DNA of 64,000 nucleotides, from positions 3,014 through 67,013 of the forward strand of contig CAZSIX010000015.1 of assembly GCA_964607145.1 (NCBI GenBank). Reading direction: 5' to 3'. Origin of the DNA: an uncultured Planctomycetota bacterium. Its GTDB lineage: Bacteria > Planctomycetota > JAJSAM01 > JAKLKS01. The position numbers and the translations under genes were made by a program. The notes below the pieces were generated by a model. It had not been told where the DNA came from. It ran no database searches and saw only the letters and a list, made by a program, of their open reading frames with translations. Below are positions 47,607-55,241 of this stretch, in pieces; positions within the stretch are counted from its first letter, which is position 1; every line of letters begins with the position of its first letter.

Positions 47607-48820
47607 CCCTCCACCTCCAGGTCGACGCCGCGGGCGAACCGCTCCACGGCCTTCGCCGCGGCGGCGCCGGCGGCCCGCGCGGGGACGCCCGTGCGCGCCG
47701 CGTCCTCCAGGTGGCGCCGCACGACGCGGAGGCACCCCTCCCGCCGGTGCGCCTTCAGGTCCACCCGGCCCACCAGCCGATCCCCCGCCAGCACGGGGAG
47801 GCAGTAGTAGCCGTACACGCGCTTCGCCGGGGGGACGTAGATCTCGAGCACCTGCCGGAAGCCGAACAGCGCGAGGGCGCGCTCCCGGTCCCAGAGCACG
47901 GGATCGAAGGGGGAGAGCAGCACCGCCCGCTCCGTGGACGGTGCGGCGCGGCGGAGGCGGGTCGCCGTCTCCAGGTCCGCGGGCCGCACCCACCCCGCCG
48001 TACGCACGCCGTCCTCCCCGACGAGGTCGCACGGGAGCACGCGGCCCTCGTCCGCGAGCCGCCGCAGGGCGTCGCGCACGGGCGCGCGGCCCCGGAGCTG
48101 GAACGTCTGCGCCAGCGTCCGCTCCGTGGCCCAGCCGTGCCCGTCCAGCGCGCGATCGAGCAGGACCGCCAGCGCGTCCCCCTTCGCCAGCGGAGCCTCG
48201 CGGAGGGCAGCGGGGATGACCCGCTCCGCCAGGTCGTACACGCGCTGGAAGCCGATGCGCTCCCGGACGGCCAGTTCCCCCGCGAACCAGAGCGCCGAGA
48301 GCACCTGGCGCGCGGGACCGTGGTTCCACATCCCCTCCCGGCGCTCGTCCTCCACGTCCAGCGAGCGCAGCGGGCCGTCGGCGCGGACGCGGGCGAGGAT
48401 CTCCCGGGCCAGCGCCTCGTGGCGGCCCACGACGTCCCCCCACCAGGGGTGACGCCGGAACGCGAGGCGGCGGAACTCGAAGGCGGGATACAGGTCCAGC
48501 GGGATCCACGACGCCGCGTGCCCCCAGTACTCGAAGAGCGGCGCGCCGGGCTTGAGCAGATCCTCGGCCACCGCCATCTCCAGCCCGTCCAGCCGGGAGT
48601 GGAGCACCATGGCGTGGCTGCGCGCCCCCGTGACCGTGATGGTGTCCAGTTGCAGGTAGCCGAAGCGACCGACGACGGCGTGGCACGCCCGCCGTTGCGC
48701 CCCCTCCCCCCGCCCCGCCGACCGCGGCAACCCGCCCCCGCGCCCGGGCCAGAGCCCCGCCCGGAACAGCGCCAGCCGCCGCGCGCCCGTGACGTCGATG
48801 GACTCCCGCGCCGGCGTGGA
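47603..48820 (-). CDS. Winged-helix DNA glycosylase, YcaQ family (DUF1006)
   Basis: Aligns in my reading with E. coli YcaQ across several blocks: FQRVYDL, LSPFDPVLWDRERALALFGF...YVPPAKRVYGYYCLPVL...LVGRVDLKAHR. GTG at 48820 with GGGAG SD. 405 aa, matching the size of YcaQ. Confidence 0.7.
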   Translation of the reverse strand, partial: STPARESIDVTGARRLALFRAGLWPGRGGGLPRSAGRGEGAQRRACHAVVGRFGYLQLDTITVTGARSHAMVLHSRLDGLEMAVAEDLLKPGAPLFEYWGHAASWIPLDLYPAFEFRRLAFRRHPWWGDVVGRHEALAREILARVRADGPLRSLDVEDERREGMWNHGPARQVLSALWFAGELAVRERIGFQRVYDLAERVIPAALREAPLAKGDALAVLLDRALDGHGWATERTLAQTFQLRGRAPVRDALRRLADEGRVLPCDLVGEDGVRTAGWVRPADLETATRLRRAAPSTERAVLLSPFDPVLWDRERALALFGFRQVLEIYVPPAKRVYGYYCLPVLAGDRLVGRVDLKAHRREGCLRVVRRHLEDAARTGVPARAAGAAAAKAVERFARGVDLEVEG

Positions 48821-49090
48821 GCCCGCGCGACCGCGCCCTCCGGCGCGCACGACTCCCGCCTTCCGCTGCCGCCCCTTCGCCACTGCGCTGCCCCCCCGGT
48901 TCGTCGCGGTCGCCGCCCTCCGTCGCCGCGACGGCGCGGCCCATTGTCCCGGACCGCGCGCTCCCGTGCCCAAGGCCGGCCGAGGGTCGGGGAGGGGGTA
49001 CACGCCCTCGCCCGTACTGTCCGGACCGGCGACACGAAGCGGAAGTCGCGCTCGACGACGGCACGCCGGACCCGGGGACAGCGGGTCGCG

Positions 49091-49191
49091 GGACGGGCGC
49101 GGATCGGGCCGCCGGCGGATAGGATGCCCCCGTCGCGAGGACGCGGCCCTGGGTCCCCGTAGCTCAGTAGGATAGAGCGGCTGGTTCCTAA
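49091..49191 (+). repeat. Left inverted repeat: copy of the tRNA-Arg 5' flank (about 62 bp) plus tRNA nucleotides 1-39 (acceptor stem to anticodon loop), truncated after TTCCTAA
   Basis: Sequence ...gccgccggcggataggatgcccccgtcgcgaggacgcggccctgg-GTCCCCGTAGCTCAGTAGGATAGAGCGGCTGGTTCCTAA is the reverse complement of 51901-52001, with about 2 mismatches over 101 bp. Confidence 0.85.
49153..49191 (+). pseudogene. Truncated tRNA-Arg(CCT) 5' half (39 nt), non-functional
   Basis: Identical to nt 1-39 of the intact tRNA at 51863..51939. The downstream sequence (ggcggggg...) cannot pair to close the anticodon stem. Confidence 0.8.
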
Positions 49192-49449
49192 GGCGGGGGT
49201 CGGGTCGAAAGGCTCCCGCGGGCGCGTTCCAACCTCGCCACGACGCGCCACTTGCGGCGCCCCCCGTAGAGCGGCACTTTCCGTTGTGGACCTCAGGTCC
49301 GCAGGAGGTGTCCACGGTTGCTCGTTGCGCTCTGTCGTTGATGGGGGGAGGACGAGTGACGGTGGAGTTGCTCGAAGGACGCGCGAAGCCTCCTACCGCC
49401 CGTAGACTTCACTCCGATCGCTGTAGGCGGCCTGCACAGGAGGGACCCC

Positions 49450-50247
49450 ATGGTCTCCGAGCTCCTCTGTCTCCAGATTGCGAGATGCCTCCATGGTCGC
49501 ACCTCCGTGTTCAGTCGGACGTTCAACCTGGAGGACAACGCGCCGCCGAAGACCGAGCGGTCGGAGGAGAAGAACTCGCTGACGGAAGCAAGCCTGATCA
49601 GGCCCCTCCTCGCGGAGCACGATCTGGCCGACATCGAAGCAGCCATTCGATGGCTTCAACTGGGAGAGTACCTCGGGCGCACGCAGTGGGGACTCGGGGG
49701 CCCTTGGGTACACGTGCTCACCCCGAAGGGGGTCGAGCTATGTGAGCGGGGAGGATTCCCCGAGCAGGAACGACGGCTCTTCTATCACGAGGAGCCTCAC
49801 CAGGTCTTCCTGGCGCACCAGTTTCGATCCGAGGACGAAGGCCTGGAGAGCGCTCTACGAGCGACGCTCTCAGATGCGGGGTACGTCGTCGTGGATGGCC
49901 AGGTCGATGGCCTCGAGCAGTTCCGCCAAGCGATCTTCGCGAAGATCAAGAGGTCACGGTTCTTCGTTTGTCTGCTGACCCAACGCGCGAGGCTTGAGGC
50001 TGGGGGGGCGGTATCGAGCGTCTGGCTCTACCAGGAGATCGGAGCCGCTGTGGCGTTGAAGAAGTCACCGTTGCTCTTCGTCGAAGACGGGATGGACCCT
50101 CACTTCGCCGGAGAGTTGCAGAAGACGTATGAGTACGTTCCGTTCACTCGAGGATCCGCAAGCCCGCAGTGGTGCAAAGCCGTGTCACGACTCAACACTG
50201 ATCTTGCTCGCGAGGGGATCCCCTTGCCCAAGGGCAAGGCCGAGTAG
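49450..50247 (+). CDS. TIR-domain protein (N-terminal unknown domain of about 110 aa + C-terminal TIR-like domain with conserved glutamate)
   Basis: SD CAGGAGGGACCCC before ATG. TIR-like blocks: QVFLAHQFRSEDEG (betaA), LRATLSDAGYVVVDGQ, IFAKIKRSRFFVCLLTQ, and SSVWLYQEIGAAVA (W..E motif with the putative catalytic E). Lower GC than the flanks. Confidence 0.7.
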   Translation: MVSELLCLQIARCLHGRTSVFSRTFNLEDNAPPKTERSEEKNSLTEASLIRPLLAEHDLADIEAAIRWLQLGEYLGRTQWGLGGPWVHVLTPKGVELCERGGFPEQERRLFYHEEPHQVFLAHQFRSEDEGLESALRATLSDAGYVVVDGQVDGLEQFRQAIFAKIKRSRFFVCLLTQRARLEAGGAVSSVWLYQEIGAAVALKKSPLLFVEDGMDPHFAGELQKTYEYVPFTRGSASPQWCKAVSRLNTDLAREGIPLPKGKAE

Positions 50248-50281
50248 CGAACCTCTCACGTCCTCAGGAGATGTGCGCCTC

Positions 50282-51274
50282 CTATTCCTCCTCCGCCCTG
50301 AGTCGCCGCCAGTGCTCCTCGTTGTCCATGAACGGCCTTCCGAGGTCGATGTTCCCAAGGTTCGCTGAGGCGAGTCGATGGAGTACGCGTGCGCCATCTC
50401 GCACGAACAGCCCCAGCCTCTCGGCGAGAACCTGAAAGGTCGGCGTCGACCCGCCCTTCTTCCCAAGAAGCGAGGCGATGTGCTCGCGGTCGGCGGCTCG
50501 GTCGACGTTCTCGATGTTGCTGAACACGGCCTCCATCACGGTGGCGGCACTGACACGATCGCCTCTGCGCCGCACGTTCTTTGGGGCAAACGGCAGGAGA
50601 GTCATGATCTCCTGGTCGAGAGCGTCATCGTCGAGCCAGCCCGGGGGCGTCGGCGTGAACAGGTTGAAGTCCTCTCCGACAACGGGCATCGTCGTTCCGC
50701 GCTGCCACGGGCGGTTGGAGTGGACAACGAACCGGTTGCGATAGAAGCGCATGTTGTAGTGGAGCCAGAGCATGTGGCCCCGACAGTCAGTCCAGAGGTC
50801 GTTGAGGATCTTGGTCCGCCCTGCTTCGAACTCCAGGAGGAGTTCCACGAAGGGGTGCTTCTTCTTCCACGCCGCCGGCTCGATGCACATCGCTTGGAGA
50901 GCGACCTGATCCAGCAGCACACCGCCGAAAACGTAGAGAGACTCGAGGTCCAGCTGCATGAGCCCCGTGAGTGAGTGCTGCTCGCGGAGCGCCTTCTGTA
51001 CCTCCTCAGGATAGGGAGTTCCTCTGGGCCACTCCGCGCGGCGCGTCGCGGAGGTGAGCGCCGCGAGTTCGTTCAATCGCTCTCTGCCGCGGTAGAGGCG
51101 ACCGAGGATCTTCCTGCAGTCGCCAAGCCGTGCGAGCGCGTGGCCGCTGTGATGGAAGAACCCGTACGGTCCGGCCGGGGGCTTCAGACCTTCGAGGACG
51201 GTCTTGCTGAGTCGATGCAGGGCCGCCTCTGCATCGCCGAACAGCTTCTTCATCTCGTCGGGTGGGATGGCCAT
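50282..51274 (-). CDS. Hypothetical protein (330 aa), unknown function, in the TIR cassette
   Basis: SD GGGAGA 5 nt before ATG 51274. Non-repetitive, balanced composition in a lower-GC segment. No recognisable motif. Confidence 0.6.
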   Translation of the reverse strand: MAIPPDEMKKLFGDAEAALHRLSKTVLEGLKPPAGPYGFFHHSGHALARLGDCRKILGRLYRGRERLNELAALTSATRRAEWPRGTPYPEEVQKALREQHSLTGLMQLDLESLYVFGGVLLDQVALQAMCIEPAAWKKKHPFVELLLEFEAGRTKILNDLWTDCRGHMLWLHYNMRFYRNRFVVHSNRPWQRGTTMPVVGEDFNLFTPTPPGWLDDDALDQEIMTLLPFAPKNVRRRGDRVSAATVMEAVFSNIENVDRAADREHIASLLGKKGGSTPTFQVLAERLGLFVRDGARVLHRLASANLGNIDLGRPFMDNEEHWRRLRAEEE

Positions 51275-51295
51275 CCAATCTCCCGCTCTGCCGAT

Positions 51296-51826
51296 TCACT
51301 GCGTGCGCACGGGTACGACGCCGACTCCACCGCCGCCCTTGCTCTGGAACCGCGCGACCAGAGCCCTTTCCATCTCAGGCTTGGTCTCGACGTCTGCGAA
51401 GAAGGCTCTCGATGCCTGAACGAGTGCGGCGAACAGGTCCTCTGCGTTCAGGAGTGTCTGTCCGGTCCCCTGGTCAACCTTCAGGTGCTGGTGCCCATTG
51501 TGGTGGGTGAGAAGGAACCCGCGCGGTGAGAAGGCATGCACGAGACCGTTTCGGAGATCGTAGAGGGCGCTGGCGTGGCCGTGGTACTCGCTCGGAAAGT
51601 ACTCGCGGACAAATGCCGTGAACCGGTTCTCCACGCCCTTCACCTTCTTCGATCCTTCGTAGCGGTAGCCCGCGAGCGCGTCGACTCCCGTGACCATGCA
51701 GACGAAGGACAGGAACGCGCTGTCGTTGTTGATCATCGGGGCGATCCCGCCGAGGTACCACTGGCCGAAGTACTGGCGGACTGCTGCGGACTCCTCAGTC
51801 ACGGCGTTCCCTCCGATCCTCCCCAT
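51296..51826 (-). CDS. Hypothetical protein (168-176 aa), unknown function, first gene of a two-gene operon in the TIR cassette
   Basis: ATG at 51826 lacks an SD. An internal GTG at 51802 is preceded by GGAGGG at 6 nt spacing and is the more likely start. The stop is 21 nt before the next gene start. Confidence 0.55.
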   Translation of the reverse strand: MGRIGGNAVTEESAAVRQYFGQWYLGGIAPMINNDSAFLSFVCMVTGVDALAGYRYEGSKKVKGVENRFTAFVREYFPSEYHGHASALYDLRNGLVHAFSPRGFLLTHHNGHQHLKVDQGTGQTLLNAEDLFAALVQASRAFFADVETKPEMERALVARFQSKGGGGVGVVPVRTQ

Positions 51827-51862
51827 CGATGGAGCGAGCAGGCGAGGACGGGGGAGCGGGGC

Positions 51863-51939
51863 TGGTATCCCCGGCAGGAGTCGAACCTGCGACCTGCTGG
51901 TTAGGAACCAGCCGCTCTATCCTACTGAGCTACGGGGAC
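51863..51939 (-). tRNA. tRNA-Arg (anticodon CCT), 77 nt with encoded CCA
   Basis: Folded by hand: acceptor GTCCCCG/CGGGGAT (G1-U wobble), D arm GCTC-AGTAGGATA-GAGC, anticodon arm GCTGG-TTCCTAA-CCAGC, variable AGGTC, T arm GCAGG-TTCGACT-CCTGC, discriminator A, CCA. Confidence 0.85.
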
Positions 51940-52001
51940 CCAGGGCCGCGTCCTCGCGACGGGGGCATCCTATCCGCCGGCGGCCGGATCCCCGCCCGTC
52001 C
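51901..52001 (-). repeat. Right inverted repeat (5' half of the intact tRNA-Arg plus its upstream flank); partner of 49091..49191
   Basis: Reverse complement of the left repeat. Overlaps the last 30 nt or so of the integrase gene. Confidence 0.85.
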
Positions 52002-53304
52002 CGCGAGGCTCCGCGCCCGGGGCCGGCGCGCCGTAGTCGAGCGCGACGAGGCTCGCGCGCGTCCGGCTGTCCACCATCCTTGCGTAGATCTGCGTCGTCG
52101 AGAGGTCGGCGTGCCCGAGCACGCCCTGCAGGTCGGTCACCGCGGCGCCGCCCTCGAGGAAGTGCACGGCGAACGTGTGCCGGAGCGAGTGGAACGTGAG
52201 CCCCCGCCGTCCGTCGAGCCCGGCCCTCCTGAGCGCGCGCCCGAAGGCCCGCCGCACGGTGACCCACGGCCGCCCGTACCCGGAGAGGAAGATGGGCTCC
52301 GCGTCGGGGATCTCGCGCCTCTCCTTCTCGGCCCGCGCCGCCCGGGTGCGGAGAAGTTCCTCGGCGAGCCGCGGGTGGAGCGGGATCCGCGACGCGTTCC
52401 CGACCTTCGGCCGGAAGAGCGAGAGCGTCCCCGTCCCGAAGTTCACGTCGCCCCAGGTGAGCCGCAGCAGTTCCCCGAGCCGCGCGCCGGTGTAGAGCCC
52501 CGCGGCGACGAGCGGCCGGAGCGCCGGGCCCGTAGCATCGAGGAGCCGGAGCGCTTCCTCCTTCGCGAGCGCGACTCGGGGCTGACGGACCTCGCGGGCC
52601 TTCGTGACGCGGGCGATGGGGTTCTCGCGGAGACGTCCGAGCCGCACGAGGCGGTTGAACGAGGCCCCGAGGACCATCAGCGCCCGGTTCACGGTCGCGT
52701 TGGAGCAGGCCCTCGCGACCTCCCTCACCTCGGGGTGGTCCACACGCCCGGGGCGACGGACGGTCTTCCACGAGCGCTCGATGCGCCACGCGCGGAAGGC
52801 CTCGATGTCGGCCGGCGTCACCGCTTCCGCGGGGAGCCCGGCGAGCGCGCTCCGAGCGATGGTGCTCCGGTGGCCGGCGTAGCCCTCGACAGTGCTCGCA
52901 CAGCGACCCGAGACCCGGCGCGAGTCGATGTACTCGTCGATGGCGTCGAGGACGGAGAACACGCGCGGGGCGCCGTCAGCGGACGGCGCGCCCCCTACGT
53001 TCCCCTCCCGCAGGCCCGCGGCGGAGTGCCCGCCGCCACCGGGCGCGAGGACGGACGGGGGAGGCTCGTATCGCCCCGCGAGGAGCGCCTTGCGCACCTC
53101 GGCCAGGAGGGCCTCCGCCTGGCGCCTGGACGGGACCGCGCGGACGATCTCGCGGACACGGCCGTTGGGCGCGCGGCGACGCTCGGGGTCCGGGTAGCGC
53201 ACGTACCACGAGGACTTCGAGGTGGGTTTGCGGTAGACGCGGCCGAAGAGCCGCCGCCGCCGGCGGCCGCCGGCCCCGTCCGGGGAGTCAGGCGCGGTGT
53301 CCAT
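51970..53304 (-). CDS. Tyrosine-type site-specific recombinase / phage integrase
   Basis: Catalytic region motifs: ARLGELLRLTWGDV, HSLRHTFAVHFL, GHADLSTTQIYAR (R..H..R..Y). ATG at 53304 (MDTAPDSP...FGRVYRKPTSKSSWYVRY); in-frame ATGs at 53346 and 53367 are alternatives. The upstream 214 aa of the ORF is junk. Confidence 0.85.
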   Translation of the reverse strand: MDTAPDSPDGAGGRRRRRLFGRVYRKPTSKSSWYVRYPDPERRRAPNGRVREIVRAVPSRRQAEALLAEVRKALLAGRYEPPPSVLAPGGGGHSAAGLREGNVGGAPSADGAPRVFSVLDAIDEYIDSRRVSGRCASTVEGYAGHRSTIARSALAGLPAEAVTPADIEAFRAWRIERSWKTVRRPGRVDHPEVREVARACSNATVNRALMVLGASFNRLVRLGRLRENPIARVTKAREVRQPRVALAKEEALRLLDATGPALRPLVAAGLYTGARLGELLRLTWGDVNFGTGTLSLFRPKVGNASRIPLHPRLAEELLRTRAARAEKERREIPDAEPIFLSGYGRPWVTVRRAFGRALRRAGLDGRRGLTFHSLRHTFAVHFLEGGAAVTDLQGVLGHADLSTTQIYARMVDSRTRASLVALDYGAPAPGAEPRGTGGDPAAGG

Positions 53305-53366
53305 GACCGCATGAGGGCGAGGGAGGGCGAGCACCTCAAGGGCCATCGCGCCGGCGGCGGCGGCCA

Positions 53367-53660
53367 TCACGGCGCGCGCCGGAGGACCCGGGCCCGGAGG
53401 GCGTCCACGTCCACCGACGGGCGGCCACGGGGGACGGGCGGCGCCGCGTGCCGATAGTGCAGGGCCGCCACGAACGCCTCCAGGCCGTCGCGCCGCACGA
53501 GCAGACGCCCCCGCCGCGACCCGACTGTCGCCACTCGGATGGACGGGATGCTCCCGTCCGCGAGGAGCGAGTACAGCATCGTCCGACCGACGGGGAGGAG
53601 CGCGAGGGCCTGCGCGACAGAGAGGAGATCCCCCGGTCGGAGGGCGGCGCCGGCGTTCAT
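53367..53660 (-). CDS. Excisionase-like / AlpA-type helix-turn-helix DNA-binding protein
   Basis: LLSVAQALALLPVGRTMLYSLLADGSIPSIRVAT...RRGRLLVRRDGLEAFV resembles HTH_17/Xis. ATG at 53660 (cat 53658-53660). Confidence 0.65.
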   Translation of the reverse strand: MNAGAALRPGDLLSVAQALALLPVGRTMLYSLLADGSIPSIRVATVGSRRGRLLVRRDGLEAFVAALHYRHAAPPVPRGRPSVDVDALRARVLRRAP

Positions 53661-54067
53661 CGCCCGGGAACGCTCGCTGCGCAGACGAACCCGTGCGCGA
53701 CGGCCAGCGCCCGCGGCGCGGCACACACGGGGCCGTGGGGGTGGTGTGCCACGACGACCCCGCAGCGGATGCACCGGACGCCGAGGTCGTCGCCCTCGAC
53801 CAGGCCGAACCGCGCGAGGGCCCTCCGGCGGGCACGCGTGCGGGCGGTCGCGGCGGCGCGGATCTCGTCGAAGGGAGTCGTGTCGATGGGCTCGGCGCGG
53901 CCGCCCGGTCGGGGCGACGCGACGGGCAGCGGAAGCCCCGCCTCAACGTGCAGGTACACGACCACGCGGCGCCGCTGCTCGCGCGTCGTCCGTGGCGGCG
54001 CGTAGCCGAGCCGCAGGAGGTCGAGGATCCTCCGTCGCTGCTCGCGTGTCGGGCCCATGGCGCGCAT
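53657..54067 (-). CDS. Hypothetical protein (136 aa) with Cys/His cluster
   Basis: TAATG overlap with the upstream gene (verified). CxxC...HHPHGPVC near the C-terminus. The stop abuts the excisionase start. Confidence 0.45.
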   Translation of the reverse strand: MRAMGPTREQRRRILDLLRLGYAPPRTTREQRRRVVVYLHVEAGLPLPVASPRPGGRAEPIDTTPFDEIRAAATARTRARRRALARFGLVEGDDLGVRCIRCGVVVAHHPHGPVCAAPRALAVAHGFVCAASVPGR

Positions 54068-54759
54068 TACCGCGACCTCGGCCGGCCCTCGCGGTCGTAC
54101 TCGACGAGGACGATGGGGCGCGGGTCGCCCTTCGTGGCCGCGATGGCCGCGGCTACTCGCGAGAGCGCCTCCGCGATCTGCTCGTCCGTCGGCTCGGCGA
54201 CGAGCGCGAGCGGCTCGATGGCCGCCTTCGCGACCTCGATGTCGCGGTGGAGAGCGTCGATGCCCGCCTGGTTGCTCCCCGCGCGGCGAACCCAGGACTC
54301 CGTCCCGTTCCACGAGGTCTCCCGCTCGCTCCGCGTCCGGCGGAGCCCGCCGGCGAGGGACGGCCACGCGCGGTGGACGTCGTCCGCCTCCTCGATGGCG
54401 GCGAGCAGGCGCGGGTCGGCGGAGCGGCGGAGGGCGAATTCGGCTCCGCCCAGTCCGTTCCGGACGGAGGAGTCCTCGTGGAACGCCGCCGAGCGGGCGT
54501 CGGACAGCGCGTCCCGCGCCGCGCGCAGCGCCGCCTGTGCCTCCGCGACGACGACCTCGCGCGCCGCCACGCGCTCGCGAAGCCCGGGCAGCACGTCGCG
54601 GCGGCGCCGGAGGAGCGCCTCGCGCTGCGTGGCGAGGTCCCGCCGCGCCTGCACCGCCGCCTCCTTCGCGGCTGCCGCGGCCTCCGCCTCGGCGAGGAAC
54701 CGCTCGCCCGCCGGCGTGCGGAGGAACGTCTCCAGCCGGTTCGTCCCGTTCGTCGTCAT
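54067..54759 (-). CDS. Hypothetical coiled-coil protein (230 aa)
   Basis: SD GGAGGAG 7 nt before ATG 54759 (verified). The N-terminal 136 aa of the ORF is junk. Confidence 0.55.
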   Translation of the reverse strand: MTTNGTNRLETFLRTPAGERFLAEAEAAAAAKEAAVQARRDLATQREALLRRRRDVLPGLRERVAAREVVVAEAQAALRAARDALSDARSAAFHEDSSVRNGLGGAEFALRRSADPRLLAAIEEADDVHRAWPSLAGGLRRTRSERETSWNGTESWVRRAGSNQAGIDALHRDIEVAKAAIEPLALVAEPTDEQIAEALSRVAAAIAATKGDPRPIVLVEYDREGRPRSR

Positions 54760-54869
54760 CGTGCACTCCTCCAGGGGCCCCGGGTCACTCGCGCCGGTGC
54801 GGGCCCGCGCACCGGCCTCCCTCCGCGCGAGGTTCGCGCGTCGCGGAGGCTCGATCCAGCGGTGCCGCG

Positions 54870-55241
54870 TCACGGGCGCGGCCCCGCGGAGCGCCGGAGT
54901 TCCTCGCCCCTTCGGCGATGGGCCTCGCGCTGCGCGGCGGTGAGGCCCGACCAGGCGGCGTTCAGGTCGCAGGCGCGGACCCAGGCTCGCGCGCGGTCCC
55001 ACCGGCGGCGCGCGTACTCCCGTCGGCGCCGGCAGGGAACGCCGCAGTACCGCCGGGACCGCCGGCCGCGCGCCGATGGCGCCCCGAGCGGCGCCCCGCA
55101 CGCCGCACACGCCGGGACCGCGCTTGTCTCCACCGGCCCCCCCTCCCCTTGTTCCGCCGGCGCGCACGCGGGCTTGCGCGCCCGGTCCCGGGGCCGAGAC
55201 CGGTCACGAACGACCTCCCCCCGGGGCTCCGGCCGCTTCAT
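54870..55241 (-). CDS. Small basic zinc-ribbon protein (CxxC...CxxC); tentative
   Basis: ATGA overlap with the primase-helicase stop. PACAACGAPL...RRYCGVPCRRRREYARRRW. High Arg content makes this uncertain. Confidence 0.35.
   Translation of the reverse strand: MKRPEPRGEVVRDRSRPRDRARKPACAPAEQGEGGPVETSAVPACAACGAPLGAPSARGRRSRRYCGVPCRRRREYARRRWDRARAWVRACDLNAAWSGLTAAQREAHRRRGEELRRSAGPRP

Noticed and set aside
49153-49191. Second tRNA-Arg gene on the plus strand
   Set aside because: Only nucleotides 1-39 are present. The downstream sequence cannot complete the anticodon stem or T arm. Called a truncated copy, not a gene.
50378-50974. 198-aa plus ORF inside the TIR cassette
   Set aside because: Antisense to the 330-aa gene, which has a good SD and better composition. 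His/Arg-rich and likely spurious.
49192-51900. Inverted-repeat-bounded cassette as a phase-variable expression switch
   Set aside because: Inversion between the repeats would reproduce the same functional layout: one intact tRNA, and both transcription units reading inward from a tRNA promoter copy. There is no evidence from the sequence alone that inversion changes expression. Kept only as a structural hypothesis.
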